Shown here in pieces: positions 8,163 through 15,245 of a stretch of DNA of 32,000 nucleotides (within the stretch, counting starts at the first letter, position 1; each line of letters opens with the position of its first letter). The notes beneath the pieces were generated by a model. That model worked only from the letters and a program-made list of their open reading frames with translations. It was not told where the DNA came from and made no database searches. Made by a program: the position numbers and the translations under genes. This stretch comes from an uncultured Erysipelotrichaceae bacterium (GTDB taxonomy: Bacteria > Bacillota_I > Bacilli_A > Erysipelotrichales > Erysipelotrichaceae): contig OW818668.1 of NCBI GenBank assembly GCA_942493105.1, positions 240,001 through 272,000 on the forward strand, in the 5' to 3' direction.

Positions 8163-8723
8163 TCAACTTAATATGTTGGTGAAGTAAGTACCTATAGCAG
8201 ATTCGATAGGCATTACGTGAACTAGATTACTTTCGCTATTAACTGGTTTAGGTTTAAATTCAGAGTTCGGTTCACTCATTGATAATGAATAGACTGATAA
8301 TGAATAAAATGCTTGTACTGTCAGATCATCCGGACTCTTTTTGTATGCCTTTTCGATCATTTCATGACCCAGTATAATCAACTCGTCAGGTGAAGTGAAG
8401 TCTTTATTTAGGAGATAATATGGCATTACATACATCATATATCCAAAATAGGTATTGAAATAAATGTTATCCGGAAATTTTTCATTTCCATAGGTATAAA
8501 CTGATTGGAACTTCGATTGAAGCTCATTAAAATCCAAATGTTTAGCATTCTTTAAATGTCCTATACTGTAATTCAATATATACCAAAGTTCCAGTGCATA
8601 GCATAGGTAGTTGTTTAGGTTTCTAGGCTCACTTTTCCATGCCGTATGTAAAAAATCGAGAGCCTTTTCCCACTCATTTTGTGCCTCTAGTTCGACGACC
8701 TTTGGATTATAGATTACTGTCAT
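8163..8723 (-). CDS. hypothetical cytoplasmic helical protein
   Basis: Start moved to ATG 8723 (RBS GGGGGA, 9 nt spacing), giving MTVIYNPKVVELEAQNEWEKALDFLH.... The track's 24-codon N-terminal extension would run into the promoter module. Confidence 0.65.
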   Translation of the reverse strand: MTVIYNPKVVELEAQNEWEKALDFLHTAWKSEPRNLNNYLCYALELWYILNYSIGHLKNAKHLDFNELQSKFQSVYTYGNEKFPDNIYFNTYFGYMMYVMPYYLLNKDFTSPDELIILGHEMIEKAYKKSPDDLTVQAFYSLSVYSLSMSEPNSEFKPKPVNSESNLVHVMPIESAIGTYFTNILS

Positions 8724-8793
8724 ATTTCTTATTCCCCCTAAGTTTACTGAACATATTTCGATGTGACTAAGATATTTTATAATCTCTATTCCC

Positions 8794-8822
8794 ATTATCC
8801 CTTTTATTCATCCTTTAGTCTG
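8794..8822 (-). promoter_or_regulatory. conserved cassette promoter-like module (CAGACT-17-GATAAT)
   Basis: Minus strand reads CAGACT aaaggatgaataaaagg GATAAT, directly after ICR5. Confidence 0.45.
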
Positions 8823-8842
8823 CCTTCTATACATCTAATCCC

Positions 8843-8957
8843 AGAACACACCACGGTCTTCGTATTAGCTCCAGGTGGAGCATTCTCCTCATCCTAATAT
8901 GAACGCTTAGGCACACCCAATCGTGTCCCACGGTGAGTTTGCCAAGACCGTGGTCTG
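8843..8957. repeat. ~115-nt inter-cassette repeat, copy 5 (ICR5)
   Basis: AGAAC 8843-8847, ACCACGGTCTT 8850-8860, AAGACCGTGGT 8944-8954, GCTCCAGGTGGAGC. Confidence 0.9.
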
Positions 8958-9028
8958 TGTCAATGTACTCTACGAAAGAATACTGGACTCTCTAACAGAT
9001 CTACCGCAATATAATATTCCGTTTGCTA

Positions 9029-9814
9029 TTAATTTGCTTTAAATGATTCTGCTAAATTCATTAGTATCGAAGAATCTATGTGAGGTGCAACCTGCAAAAG
9101 CATCTTTCCAAGACTGTCTAACCGAAGTTGAACAATACTGTGCTGTGATTCTATCCCACCTTGACTTGTTTTTAATACTTTGAAAATGCAGCCGTTTCCA
9201 AAAGCCACTTCGTCTATGACCTCTTCAACAACCAATTCTCCAGTTAAAGGGTGGTTGATTATTTTCTTTGAATTTCTAATATCAAATTCGAATTCGACAA
9301 GTTGGACCTCATTACCGCTTGTATAACATCTGATGATTTTAGAGTAACCGGTATCATCAAACTCAATTATCCAATCAATTGGTACCATATATGAACCGAA
9401 ATCATCACTGACTGTCTTGAATGAGTGCTCCAAAAAATAACTTTCTGTATCATCATATTTGAAACGAAATTGGAGTAATATTTCCGGCCTATCTAGTATT
9501 GCGTCAGTGCTTCGAAGTTCGTTGAGCATCATTTTGTTTATCTCATATTTATCTGCTATTTCCAGGGGAGGACTGTACGTCCGATTTGACCAAGAAAAAG
9601 GTATTCGCGGATCTATTATATTTATACCAACTGATTCCAATTCTCCAGCTTCAATTCTCAATGTGAAAACAGACATTTGTTTTAGTAACAAAAATACAAT
9701 ATCTTGTCCTATTTTAGCTGATGCATACACTTCAAATAACATTCCATCATAAGCAGAGTGCCAATTACCAAATTTCTTTTCAAATCTTTCTTTACTAATA
9801 ATCTGAAGGATCAT
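9029..9814 (-). CDS. hypothetical cytoplasmic protein
   Basis: Start moved from GTG 9823 to ATG 9814 (RBS AGGGTGGA, 6 nt spacing). 261 aa, no domain recognised. Confidence 0.65.
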   Translation of the reverse strand: MILQIISKERFEKKFGNWHSAYDGMLFEVYASAKIGQDIVFLLLKQMSVFTLRIEAGELESVGINIIDPRIPFSWSNRTYSPPLEIADKYEINKMMLNELRSTDAILDRPEILLQFRFKYDDTESYFLEHSFKTVSDDFGSYMVPIDWIIEFDDTGYSKIIRCYTSGNEVQLVEFEFDIRNSKKIINHPLTGELVVEEVIDEVAFGNGCIFKVLKTSQGGIESQHSIVQLRLDSLGKMLLQVAPHIDSSILMNLAESFKAN

Positions 9815-9849
9815 TATATCCACCCTAACACTAACATCTTGTTAAAACC

Positions 9850-9878
9850 ATTATACCTTATCGTATCACTCATATTTA
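9850..9878 (-). promoter_or_regulatory. diverged copy of cassette promoter-like module (TAAATA-17-TATAAT)
   Basis: Minus strand reads GTCTAAATATGAGTGATACGATAAGGTATAATG. The -10 is consensus, the -35 is weak, and the CTAA...AAGGnATAATG skeleton of the module is shared. Confidence 0.35.
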
Positions 9879-9924
9879 GACAAAAGATCCATAAAGAAAT
9901 AGAAACAATTTTAAGTTCATTCCT

Positions 9925-10039
9925 AGAACTCACCACGGTCTTCGTATGCGCTCCAGGTGGAGCATTCTCCTCATTCTAGTATTAACGCTTAGGCACACCC
10001 AATCATGTCCCACGGTGAGACTGCCAAGACCGTGGTCTA
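9925..10039. repeat. ~115-nt inter-cassette repeat, copy 6 (ICR6)
   Basis: AGAAC 9925-9929, ACCACGGTCTT 9932-9942, AAGACCGTGGT 10026-10036. Confidence 0.9.
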
Positions 10040-10123
10040 AGTCAATATTATGATCTCTACTGTTACTACTTATGCTTATGGACTTTGGATTTCTCAACTC
10101 ATCACTACTCTCTCAAACAAATT

Positions 10124-10675
10124 TCACTCAACTTTTAACCATTCGATGATGAATTGATAAGCTTCAAAATCATCTTGTTTCCAGGGTGTACACGAGTACA
10201 AGATTTTAGTATCATTCAATATTGTCTTTCGCATAGCAAGAACCTCGTATGAGTCACTTGTTGCATTTACCAAAGATTTCGCCACCATAATGAAATGCGT
10301 ATATTGTATTCTAACCAATCCATTTTGTGAACATAAGTCGAATTCAATTATCGGTTTTTCTTGGGTCAGTTCAACCTTAACTCCTTGGTACTTTTTCGGA
10401 TCTCCAACTTGGGTGATAGTTCCCTTACCTCTAACACATGAAAATCCTGTTTGAAAATCTTGACTTGATTTCTTACCAAAAAGCGATATCTTTACATGAT
10501 ATGTGATTCTTGGTTGGACACTCAGAATATCAAAAGACAACGCATTCTCACCGAAATCCGGGTTATAGGCTGGATTGGATTGTAGCCACCACTTTTCCTC
10601 GGGATTCAGTTTCTCGCCTTTTCTAATTCTAGTTAATAGTTCACTACAATAAGCAACATTTTGATGGTAGTTCAT
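10124..10675 (-). CDS. hypothetical cytoplasmic protein
   Basis: The track ORF starts at TTG 10735. ATG 10675 (MNYHQNVAYCSELL...) is preferred, with a weak GGGAAA RBS. No domain recognised. Confidence 0.6.
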   Translation of the reverse strand: MNYHQNVAYCSELLTRIRKGEKLNPEEKWWLQSNPAYNPDFGENALSFDILSVQPRITYHVKISLFGKKSSQDFQTGFSCVRGKGTITQVGDPKKYQGVKVELTQEKPIIEFDLCSQNGLVRIQYTHFIMVAKSLVNATSDSYEVLAMRKTILNDTKILYSCTPWKQDDFEAYQFIIEWLKVE

Positions 10676-10762
10676 TTTATTTTCCCATTTAGTTAATATA
10701 GAAATAATTGCTGTTATTTTAATTGTAGCATCCAAATAATGTGTTATGAAATCGTTTATTCT

Positions 10763-10878
10763 CAGAACTCACCATGGTCTTCGTAGTCGCTCCATGTGGA
10801 GCATTCCTGCTCATCTAGTATCAACATATTAGCCCATGTAATCGTGTCCCACGGTCGTCCGTTTAAGACCGTGGTCAG
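10763..10878. repeat. ~115-nt inter-cassette repeat, copy 7 (ICR7), platform-type right end
   Basis: ACCATGGTCTT 10770-10780 (one C>T), AAGACCGTGGT 10865-10875. The inter-motif 9 nt read CGTCCGTTT and the right flank is CAGCGTTGTC, as in ICR3. Confidence 0.9.
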
Positions 10879-11030
10879 CGTTGTCTTTTCTCAGTCAAAC
10901 AACCTACATTATTCGACTTTCATCATCATTCTGTCTCATTCATTCTACCTTATTTTAGAGCTACAAACATCACTAATTTAGTGTTCATTTTCTCATTATT
11001 TCGGTTCTCTTTTAAAAAGAAATCTCAAAT
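10879..11030. repeat. ~152-nt conserved platform spacer between ICR7 and att repeat DR2
   Basis: Second copy of 5518-5669 (about 15 mismatches by eye). Non-coding. The 61-aa plus-strand track ORF here is rejected. Confidence 0.8.
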
Positions 11031-11121
11031 TCCGTTACACTTTTGTTACACTTGGACAAAGTGACCTGCAAAAAAGCCTTATAGAATAAGGCTTCGTGAA
11101 GTCATGGTGCCATCACCGAGA
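11031..11121. repeat. 91-nt direct repeat DR2: tRNA-Thr 3' fragment plus downstream sequence (att-like)
   Basis: Identical by eye to DR1 and DR3. tRNA 3' fragment at 11105-11121. GTTACACTTTTGTTACAC at 11034-11051. Confidence 0.9.
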
Positions 11122-11368
11122 AACAAGGTATTTAGGTTAATCGGTTCATTTTAAGATAATATATGCTTATTTATGATAAAAATGACGATTTTAGAGCTAT
11201 ATAAATAATTAGATATTGATTTCTATGAGAATTATGTTACGATTTTGTTACGATTTTTTACAGGTCTTTTTATGCATTGTATTAGACTCGTTAGATTCTA
11301 AATTGGTTATTTGCACTACAATGACATATTCCAAATGGACTTTGTTTTCTCAACTTACCCCAAGTACT
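11122..11368. other. non-coding arm region adjacent to DR2, diverged homolog of 5761-5972
   Basis: Shared sequence blocks in the same order as 5761-5972. No ORF. Confidence 0.55.
11236..11254. repeat. tandem GTTACGA direct repeat (variant arm-type site)
   Basis: GTTACGATTTTGTTACGAT. It has the same 11-nt periodicity and the same position relative to the tRNA fragment as 5876-5893. Confidence 0.5.
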
Positions 11369-11767
11369 TCATAGATGAGGTTTAATGATATTGCTAAAAT
11401 ATTCCTTTTTGCCTGAAAGAAAATCTTCATATAAATTCTGTTTTTCATCAATAAATACTATACTATCTTGGAGCAGCTCAATTTTCTTCTGTAGATCCTC
11501 TTTTTGTTTTTGAAGCAATTGCTTTCGAAGCTGAATAGAAGGCTTACCTAATAAACACAGATCTACATATTGCTTCATTTGTTCAATAGTCATTCCACAT
11601 CGTTTTAAGCATAACAAGCTTTTGATCCAGGCAACATCATGATCATCGAAGATTCTGTAGTCGTTTTGATCTCTTTTCACATTCGGAATTAATCCTTGAT
11701 TGCAGTAATACTTCAATGTTTGATAACTTAAGCCAACCTTTTGGCCAGTTTCTTTCATGGAATACAT
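11369..11767 (-). CDS. MerR-family transcriptional regulator
   Basis: 132 aa. N-terminal winged HTH (ETGQKVGLSYQTLKYYCNQGLIP), a coiled-coil dimerisation helix, and cysteines in the C-terminal half. Divergent from an AKR gene across a 19-bp-spacer promoter. Confidence 0.85.
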   Translation of the reverse strand: MYSMKETGQKVGLSYQTLKYYCNQGLIPNVKRDQNDYRIFDDHDVAWIKSLLCLKRCGMTIEQMKQYVDLCLLGKPSIQLRKQLLQKQKEDLQKKIELLQDSIVFIDEKQNLYEDFLSGKKEYFSNIIKPHL

Positions 11768-11786
11768 CTTTTTTCTCCAATGGGTG

Positions 11787-11817
11787 TTGACCGATAGTAA
11801 CTATCGGCATCTATAAT
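11787..11817 (+). promoter_or_regulatory. MerR-type promoter/operator (TTGACC-19 bp-TATAAT)
   Basis: -35 at 11787-11792, -10 at 11812-11817, 19-bp spacer. The spacer contains the perfect palindrome CCGATAG-TAA-CTATCGG (11791-11807). Confidence 0.75.
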
Positions 11818-11856
11818 GGTATTATACATCAAATGTAACATTTGAAAAGGAGAGAG

Positions 11857-12711
11857 ATGGAATATACAACATTAAGAAATGGACTAGAAATACCGATGTT
11901 GGGATTTGGAGTCTTTCAGATGTCCAATGAGGAAACTGAGAAGTGTGTTCTTGAAGCCATTGAAGCGGGTTATCGATTGATTGATACCGCTCAGAGTTAT
12001 CGCAACGAAGATGGGGTTGGTAACGCCATCTTGAAATGCGGACTGTCTAGGGAAGAACTCATTATCTCAACGAAAGTTTGGTATGATAACTATGGATACG
12101 AGAAAACCAAAGCATCTTTGATTGAATCTTTGAAGAAACTGAAAACAGATTATATTGATATTGTTTTACTTCATCAGCCATTCAATGATACCTATGGTGC
12201 TTATCGTGCTTTGGAAGAATTCTACAAAGAAGGGAAAATCAAAGCGATTGGGGTCAGTAATTTCTATCCTGATCGTTTAAGTGATATTTGTGCCTTTACT
12301 GAGATTGCCCCGCTCATCAATCAAGTTGAAGTCAATGTTTTTAATCAACAAATTTCAGCTCAAGCAAACATGATTAAGAATGGTGTACAAATACAAGCAT
12401 GGGCACCTTTTGGAGAAGGCCGCAATAATATGTTCACAAATCCCACGCTTAAGGAAATTGGTGAAAGACATCATAAGTCGATTGCTCAAATTATCTTAAG
12501 ATGGTTACTTCAAAGAAAGGTCATTTCATTAGCTAAGACGGTCAATAAGGAAAGAATGATCGAAAATCTGAATATCTTTGATTTCGATCTTTCTGTTGAA
12601 GATATGGTGCTTATAGAGAGCTTGGATACCAAAGAGAGCTTGTTCTTTAATCATCAAAGTGTTGAAGCGGTTGAACGATTTGTTGAATTGGCTAAAAAAA
12701 GACGTGATTAA
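11857..12711 (+). CDS. aldo/keto reductase (DkgA/YtbE-like, ~284 aa)
   Basis: Start moved to ATG 11857 after AAAGGAGAGAG. AKR hallmarks include LIDTAQSYRNE, ISTKVW, DIVLLHQP and VSNF. Confidence 0.9.
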   Translation: MEYTTLRNGLEIPMLGFGVFQMSNEETEKCVLEAIEAGYRLIDTAQSYRNEDGVGNAILKCGLSREELIISTKVWYDNYGYEKTKASLIESLKKLKTDYIDIVLLHQPFNDTYGAYRALEEFYKEGKIKAIGVSNFYPDRLSDICAFTEIAPLINQVEVNVFNQQISAQANMIKNGVQIQAWAPFGEGRNNMFTNPTLKEIGERHHKSIAQIILRWLLQRKVISLAKTVNKERMIENLNIFDFDLSVEDMVLIESLDTKESLFFNHQSVEAVERFVELAKKRRD

Positions 12712-12735
12712 CATAAATCGTATTTAATACTTAAC

Positions 12736-12759
12736 AAGAAGCCTTGAAAAGGGCTTCTT
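12736..12759 (+). terminator. hairpin after AKR gene
   Basis: AAGAAGCC-ttgaaaag-GGCTTCTT followed by ATTTAT. The T-tract is weak. Confidence 0.5.
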
Positions 12760-12802
12760 ATTTATAATCCAATAATCATGAATTGAAATTTCTCATATAA
12801 AA

Positions 12803-12825
12803 AAAGGCTTTATAAACAAGCCTTT
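12803..12825 (-). terminator. Rho-independent terminator of 12879..13874
   Basis: AAAGGCTT-tataaac-AAGCCTTT. On the minus strand it is followed by a run of T. Confidence 0.65.
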
Positions 12826-12878
12826 GTAGAAACAACAGTAGATAAGCATATGTCCTTATATTCGACGCTTCCACATTC

Positions 12879-13874
12879 TTAATCAACAGGATTAGGCAAA
12901 GCTCCTACTATACTGTGTGAAGTATAAGGTTCTTCCAAGTATTTGATTTCTTCTTGAGTAAGTTTGATATTCATAGCAGCAACGGCTTCATCCACGTGTG
13001 ATATTTTGGTAGCCCCAATGATGGGTGCTACAACCGGTTTTTTGTTCCATAGCCAAGCCAATGCAATCTGTGATCTTAACACTTGATGTTTTGTTGCGAG
13101 TTCTCCCACTCGATCAAGGATTTCACGATCCATTTCTTCGGCTTTGTCATATTTTGATTTAGCGATTTGATCTGTATCACTTCGAAGACTTTTTTCACCA
13201 GGATTGCGTGATAAACGACCTGAAGCCAAAGGACTGTAAGGAGTCGAAGCTACACCCGTATCAATACAATATGGATTCATTTCTCGCTCTTCTTCACGAT
13301 AAATCAAATTATAGTGATTTTGCATCGATATGAATTTAGTCCAACCATGTTTTTCGGCTACGTTTTGTGCCTTTTGAAATTGCCAAGCATACATAGCACT
13401 GGCTCCAATATATCTTACCTTTCCGCTTTTGATCAAATCATGCAAAGCCTCCATTGTTTCTTCGATTGGGGTATTATAATCCCAACGGTGAATGATGTAT
13501 AAATCGATGTAATCTACGCCTAATCGTTTTAAACTTTGTTCACATTCGTAAAAGATTTCTTTTCTTGATAAGCCGCCCCCATTTGGAACCTTTCTCATCG
13601 TCTGATTTACTTTTGTAGCAATAACAATTTCTTCACGTTTAGCGAAATCTTTAAGTGCTCTGCCTAAATAGAGTTCGCTTTCGCCCAAAGAATAGACATT
13701 GGCTGTATCAAAAAAGTTGATACCTAAATCTAAAGCGTGTTTGATGACTTGACGACTTTCTTCTTCATTAATGACCCATAAGTGAGATCTCTTGGCAGGA
13801 TCACCAAAACCCATGCAGCCTAAAGCAATCTTTGATACTTCTAATCCGGAATTTCCTAATCGTGTATATTCCAT
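12879..13874 (-). CDS. aldo/keto reductase (Tas/YajO-like, 331 aa)
   Basis: MEYTRLGNSGLEVSKIALGCMGFG, FFDTANVYS, DLYIIHRWD. Full-length AKR fold pattern. Confidence 0.9.
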   Translation of the reverse strand: MEYTRLGNSGLEVSKIALGCMGFGDPAKRSHLWVINEEESRQVIKHALDLGINFFDTANVYSLGESELYLGRALKDFAKREEIVIATKVNQTMRKVPNGGGLSRKEIFYECEQSLKRLGVDYIDLYIIHRWDYNTPIEETMEALHDLIKSGKVRYIGASAMYAWQFQKAQNVAEKHGWTKFISMQNHYNLIYREEEREMNPYCIDTGVASTPYSPLASGRLSRNPGEKSLRSDTDQIAKSKYDKAEEMDREILDRVGELATKHQVLRSQIALAWLWNKKPVVAPIIGATKISHVDEAVAAMNIKLTQEEIKYLEEPYTSHSIVGALPNPVD

Positions 13875-13897
13875 AGGTTATCCTCTCTTTCACTTTA

Positions 13898-13928
13898 AGC
13901 ATAAACCTTGGAGTTGACTCTAAGTCAA
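13898..13928 (-). promoter_or_regulatory. MerR-type promoter/operator (TTGACT-19 bp-TATGCT) for 12879..13874
   Basis: On the minus strand, -35 is at 13928-13923 and -10 at 13903-13898, with a 19-bp spacer. The spacer carries the operator CTTGGAGT-tg-ACTCTAAG (13907-13924). Confidence 0.7.
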
Positions 13929-13955
13929 GCAATAATCATTTATTTTCATAAAGAC

Positions 13956-13986
13956 TTGACTTGGAGTTAACTCTAAGTGTTATTGT
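13956..13986 (+). promoter_or_regulatory. MerR-type promoter/operator (TTGACT-19 bp-TATTGT) for flavodoxin-merR operon
   Basis: -35 at 13956-13961, -10 at 13981-13986, 19-bp spacer. Same operator arms, CTTGGAGT-ta-ACTCTAAG. Confidence 0.7.
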
Positions 13987-14089
13987 TGTAATGGAAATGT
14001 ATATTGAGGTTTCTTGAGATCCAACATATAGAACCTATATTAATAAGTATTGTATTAACACATTCCTCGATCATTCAAAGGAGAAAGCA

Positions 14090-14617
14090 ATGACAAAGCA
14101 TAAAACACTCATCGTCTATACTTCACGTAAAGGACAGAATTATTTCGAAGGGAAAATCCATGATCTTAAAATTGGAAATACGGCTCAAGTTGCACAATGG
14201 ATCAGTGAGACATGTGGCATTGATTTGTTTGAGATAGAGACCATAAAAGATTATCCACTAGGTTATGAAGAATGCACCGAGGTATCAAAGCATGAGAAAC
14301 AAACACATGCTCGTCCTCAACTCAAAAGAAACATCGATATTTCATCCTATGATACAATCATCCTTGGATATCCCAATTGGTGGTCAACCGCACCGATGAG
14401 TATTTTCACTTTTTTAGAATCACAAGATTTTTCTTCAAAAACCATTATCCCCTTCTGTACGCATGAAGGAACAGAATTAGGACAAAGTGAAAACGACATC
14501 AAAAAGAGTTGTCCAAATTCAATTGTGCTCAAAGGATTGGCTATACAAGGATCTAAGATCAATGAATCAAAAATGATTATTCGAGAATGGCTTAAGTCAA
14601 ACCAACTTATAGATTAA
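14090..14617 (+). CDS. flavodoxin-family protein
   Basis: 175 aa with RBS AAAGGAGAAAG. N-terminal TLIVYTSRKGQN FMN-loop-like motif and GYPNWW motif. Confidence 0.8.
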   Translation: MTKHKTLIVYTSRKGQNYFEGKIHDLKIGNTAQVAQWISETCGIDLFEIETIKDYPLGYEECTEVSKHEKQTHARPQLKRNIDISSYDTIILGYPNWWSTAPMSIFTFLESQDFSSKTIIPFCTHEGTELGQSENDIKKSCPNSIVLKGLAIQGSKINESKMIIREWLKSNQLID

Positions 14618-14642
14618 TTTTCAAACCTCAAGGAGCATGCTT

Positions 14643-15044
14643 ATGACCATTTCTGAAGTATGTAAGAAGTATGATTTAAGTGCAGATACATTAAGATATT
14701 ACGAGAGAATTGGCTTATTGCCTAATGTGACACGCTCTCAGAGTGGAATTCGTCATTATTCTGAAGAAGATTGTCGCTGGGTAGAGTTTATCAAATGTAT
14801 GCGTAGTGCAGGTCTTACCATTGAGTTTTTACATGAATATATCACATTATTCAGACAAGGCAATGACACATTTGAAGCACGCAGAGCTTTGCTGATTGAA
14901 CAGAAATCTTTATTGGTTGATAAGATGGCAGAGATGCAAAAGACACTTGATCGACTTGAAAGAAAGATCAATGTATATGATTCGGTTGTTAAAGACAGAG
15001 AAGAGAAGTTAAAATCTAAAAGTGATCAAGAACTATTAGGTTAA
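14643..15044 (+). CDS. MerR-family transcriptional regulator
   Basis: Start at ATG 14643 (AAGGAG, 7 nt spacing). HTH ISEVCKKYDLSADTLRYYERIGLLP, conserved Cys residues, and a C-terminal coiled coil. Confidence 0.85.
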   Translation: MTISEVCKKYDLSADTLRYYERIGLLPNVTRSQSGIRHYSEEDCRWVEFIKCMRSAGLTIEFLHEYITLFRQGNDTFEARRALLIEQKSLLVDKMAEMQKTLDRLERKINVYDSVVKDREEKLKSKSDQELLG

Positions 15045-15175
15045 TCTTTTATACACTTTCGTTTATATCGGTTATTATGTATCGAGTTTTAAGACAAAGA
15101 CGGCTTTTGATTCAAAGAATCAAATTCCCCAATTAATACTCGACACGCCAGGAACACAGTACATACAGATAATAA

Positions 15176-15196
15176 AAAGGCTTAAAACAAGCCTTT
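15176..15196 (-). terminator. Rho-independent terminator of 15246..15806
   Basis: AAAGGCTT-aaaac-AAGCCTTT. The minus strand continues TTTTTATT. Confidence 0.6.
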
Positions 15197-15245
15197 AGTT
15201 GATTCTTTAGAATCTAATCTGACTAAATCAAAGTTAAACAGGAAA

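Larger units (their letters stand above)
5761..11121 (-). mobile_element. island Y: ~5.4-kb integrase-less cassette-array island between DR1 and DR2
   Basis: Flanked by identical 91-nt tRNA-derived repeats. Order is DR2, spacer, ICR7, six orphan genes with ICR6/5/4, then an arm region with GTTACAC repeats. Confidence 0.6.

Noticed and set aside
8724-8795. N-terminal extensions of cassette ORFs from the track (8724-8795, 9815-9823, 10676-10735, 4236-4283, 5174-5200)
   Set aside because: They use GTG or TTG codons, or ATG codons without an RBS. They run into the promoter-like module or repeat flanks. Internal ATGs have properly spaced GGAGG-type sites.
856-10878. Could the seven regularly recurring repeats be a CRISPR array?
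   Set aside because: The repeats are about 115 nt, far longer than CRISPR repeats. The intervals are 0.6-3.6 kb and contain ORFs with ribosome-binding sites. No cas genes are present.
856-10878. Calling the repeats canonical integron attC sites (a CALIN)
   Set aside because: No RYYYAAC / GTTRRRY core sites are visible at the ends, and no intI is in the window. Many blocks also appear to carry their own promoter. Only the architecture is integron-like, so I report it as an analogy and not an annotation.
856-10878. The repeats as plain Rho-independent terminators
   Set aside because: No strand of any copy has a U-tract following a terminal stem. On the minus strand the element ends ...GACCGTGGTG(A/T)GTTCT. 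Genuine terminators elsewhere in the window have obvious T-runs.
856-10878. Using compensatory substitutions to decide whether the repeat functions as an RNA, and on which strand
   Set aside because: In the small hairpin CGTG-TCC-CACG, three copies (ICR1, ICR2, ICR6) carry transitions that remain G-U pairs only on the minus strand. ICR4 in the same hairpin and the ICR7 outer-stem C>T remain G-U pairs only on the plus strand. A 3-versus-2 split from eye alignment is inconclusive. The changes also fall inside the CCACGGT motifs, so protein-site degeneracy explains them equally well.
9758-10981. Track ORFs 9758..9979 (+) and 10796..10981 (+)
   Set aside because: They run through ICR6, and through ICR7 plus the conserved spacer. 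They have no RBS, and the reading frames are not conserved in the other repeat copies. Short peptides readable inside the repeat on the minus strand also change frame or stop between copies.
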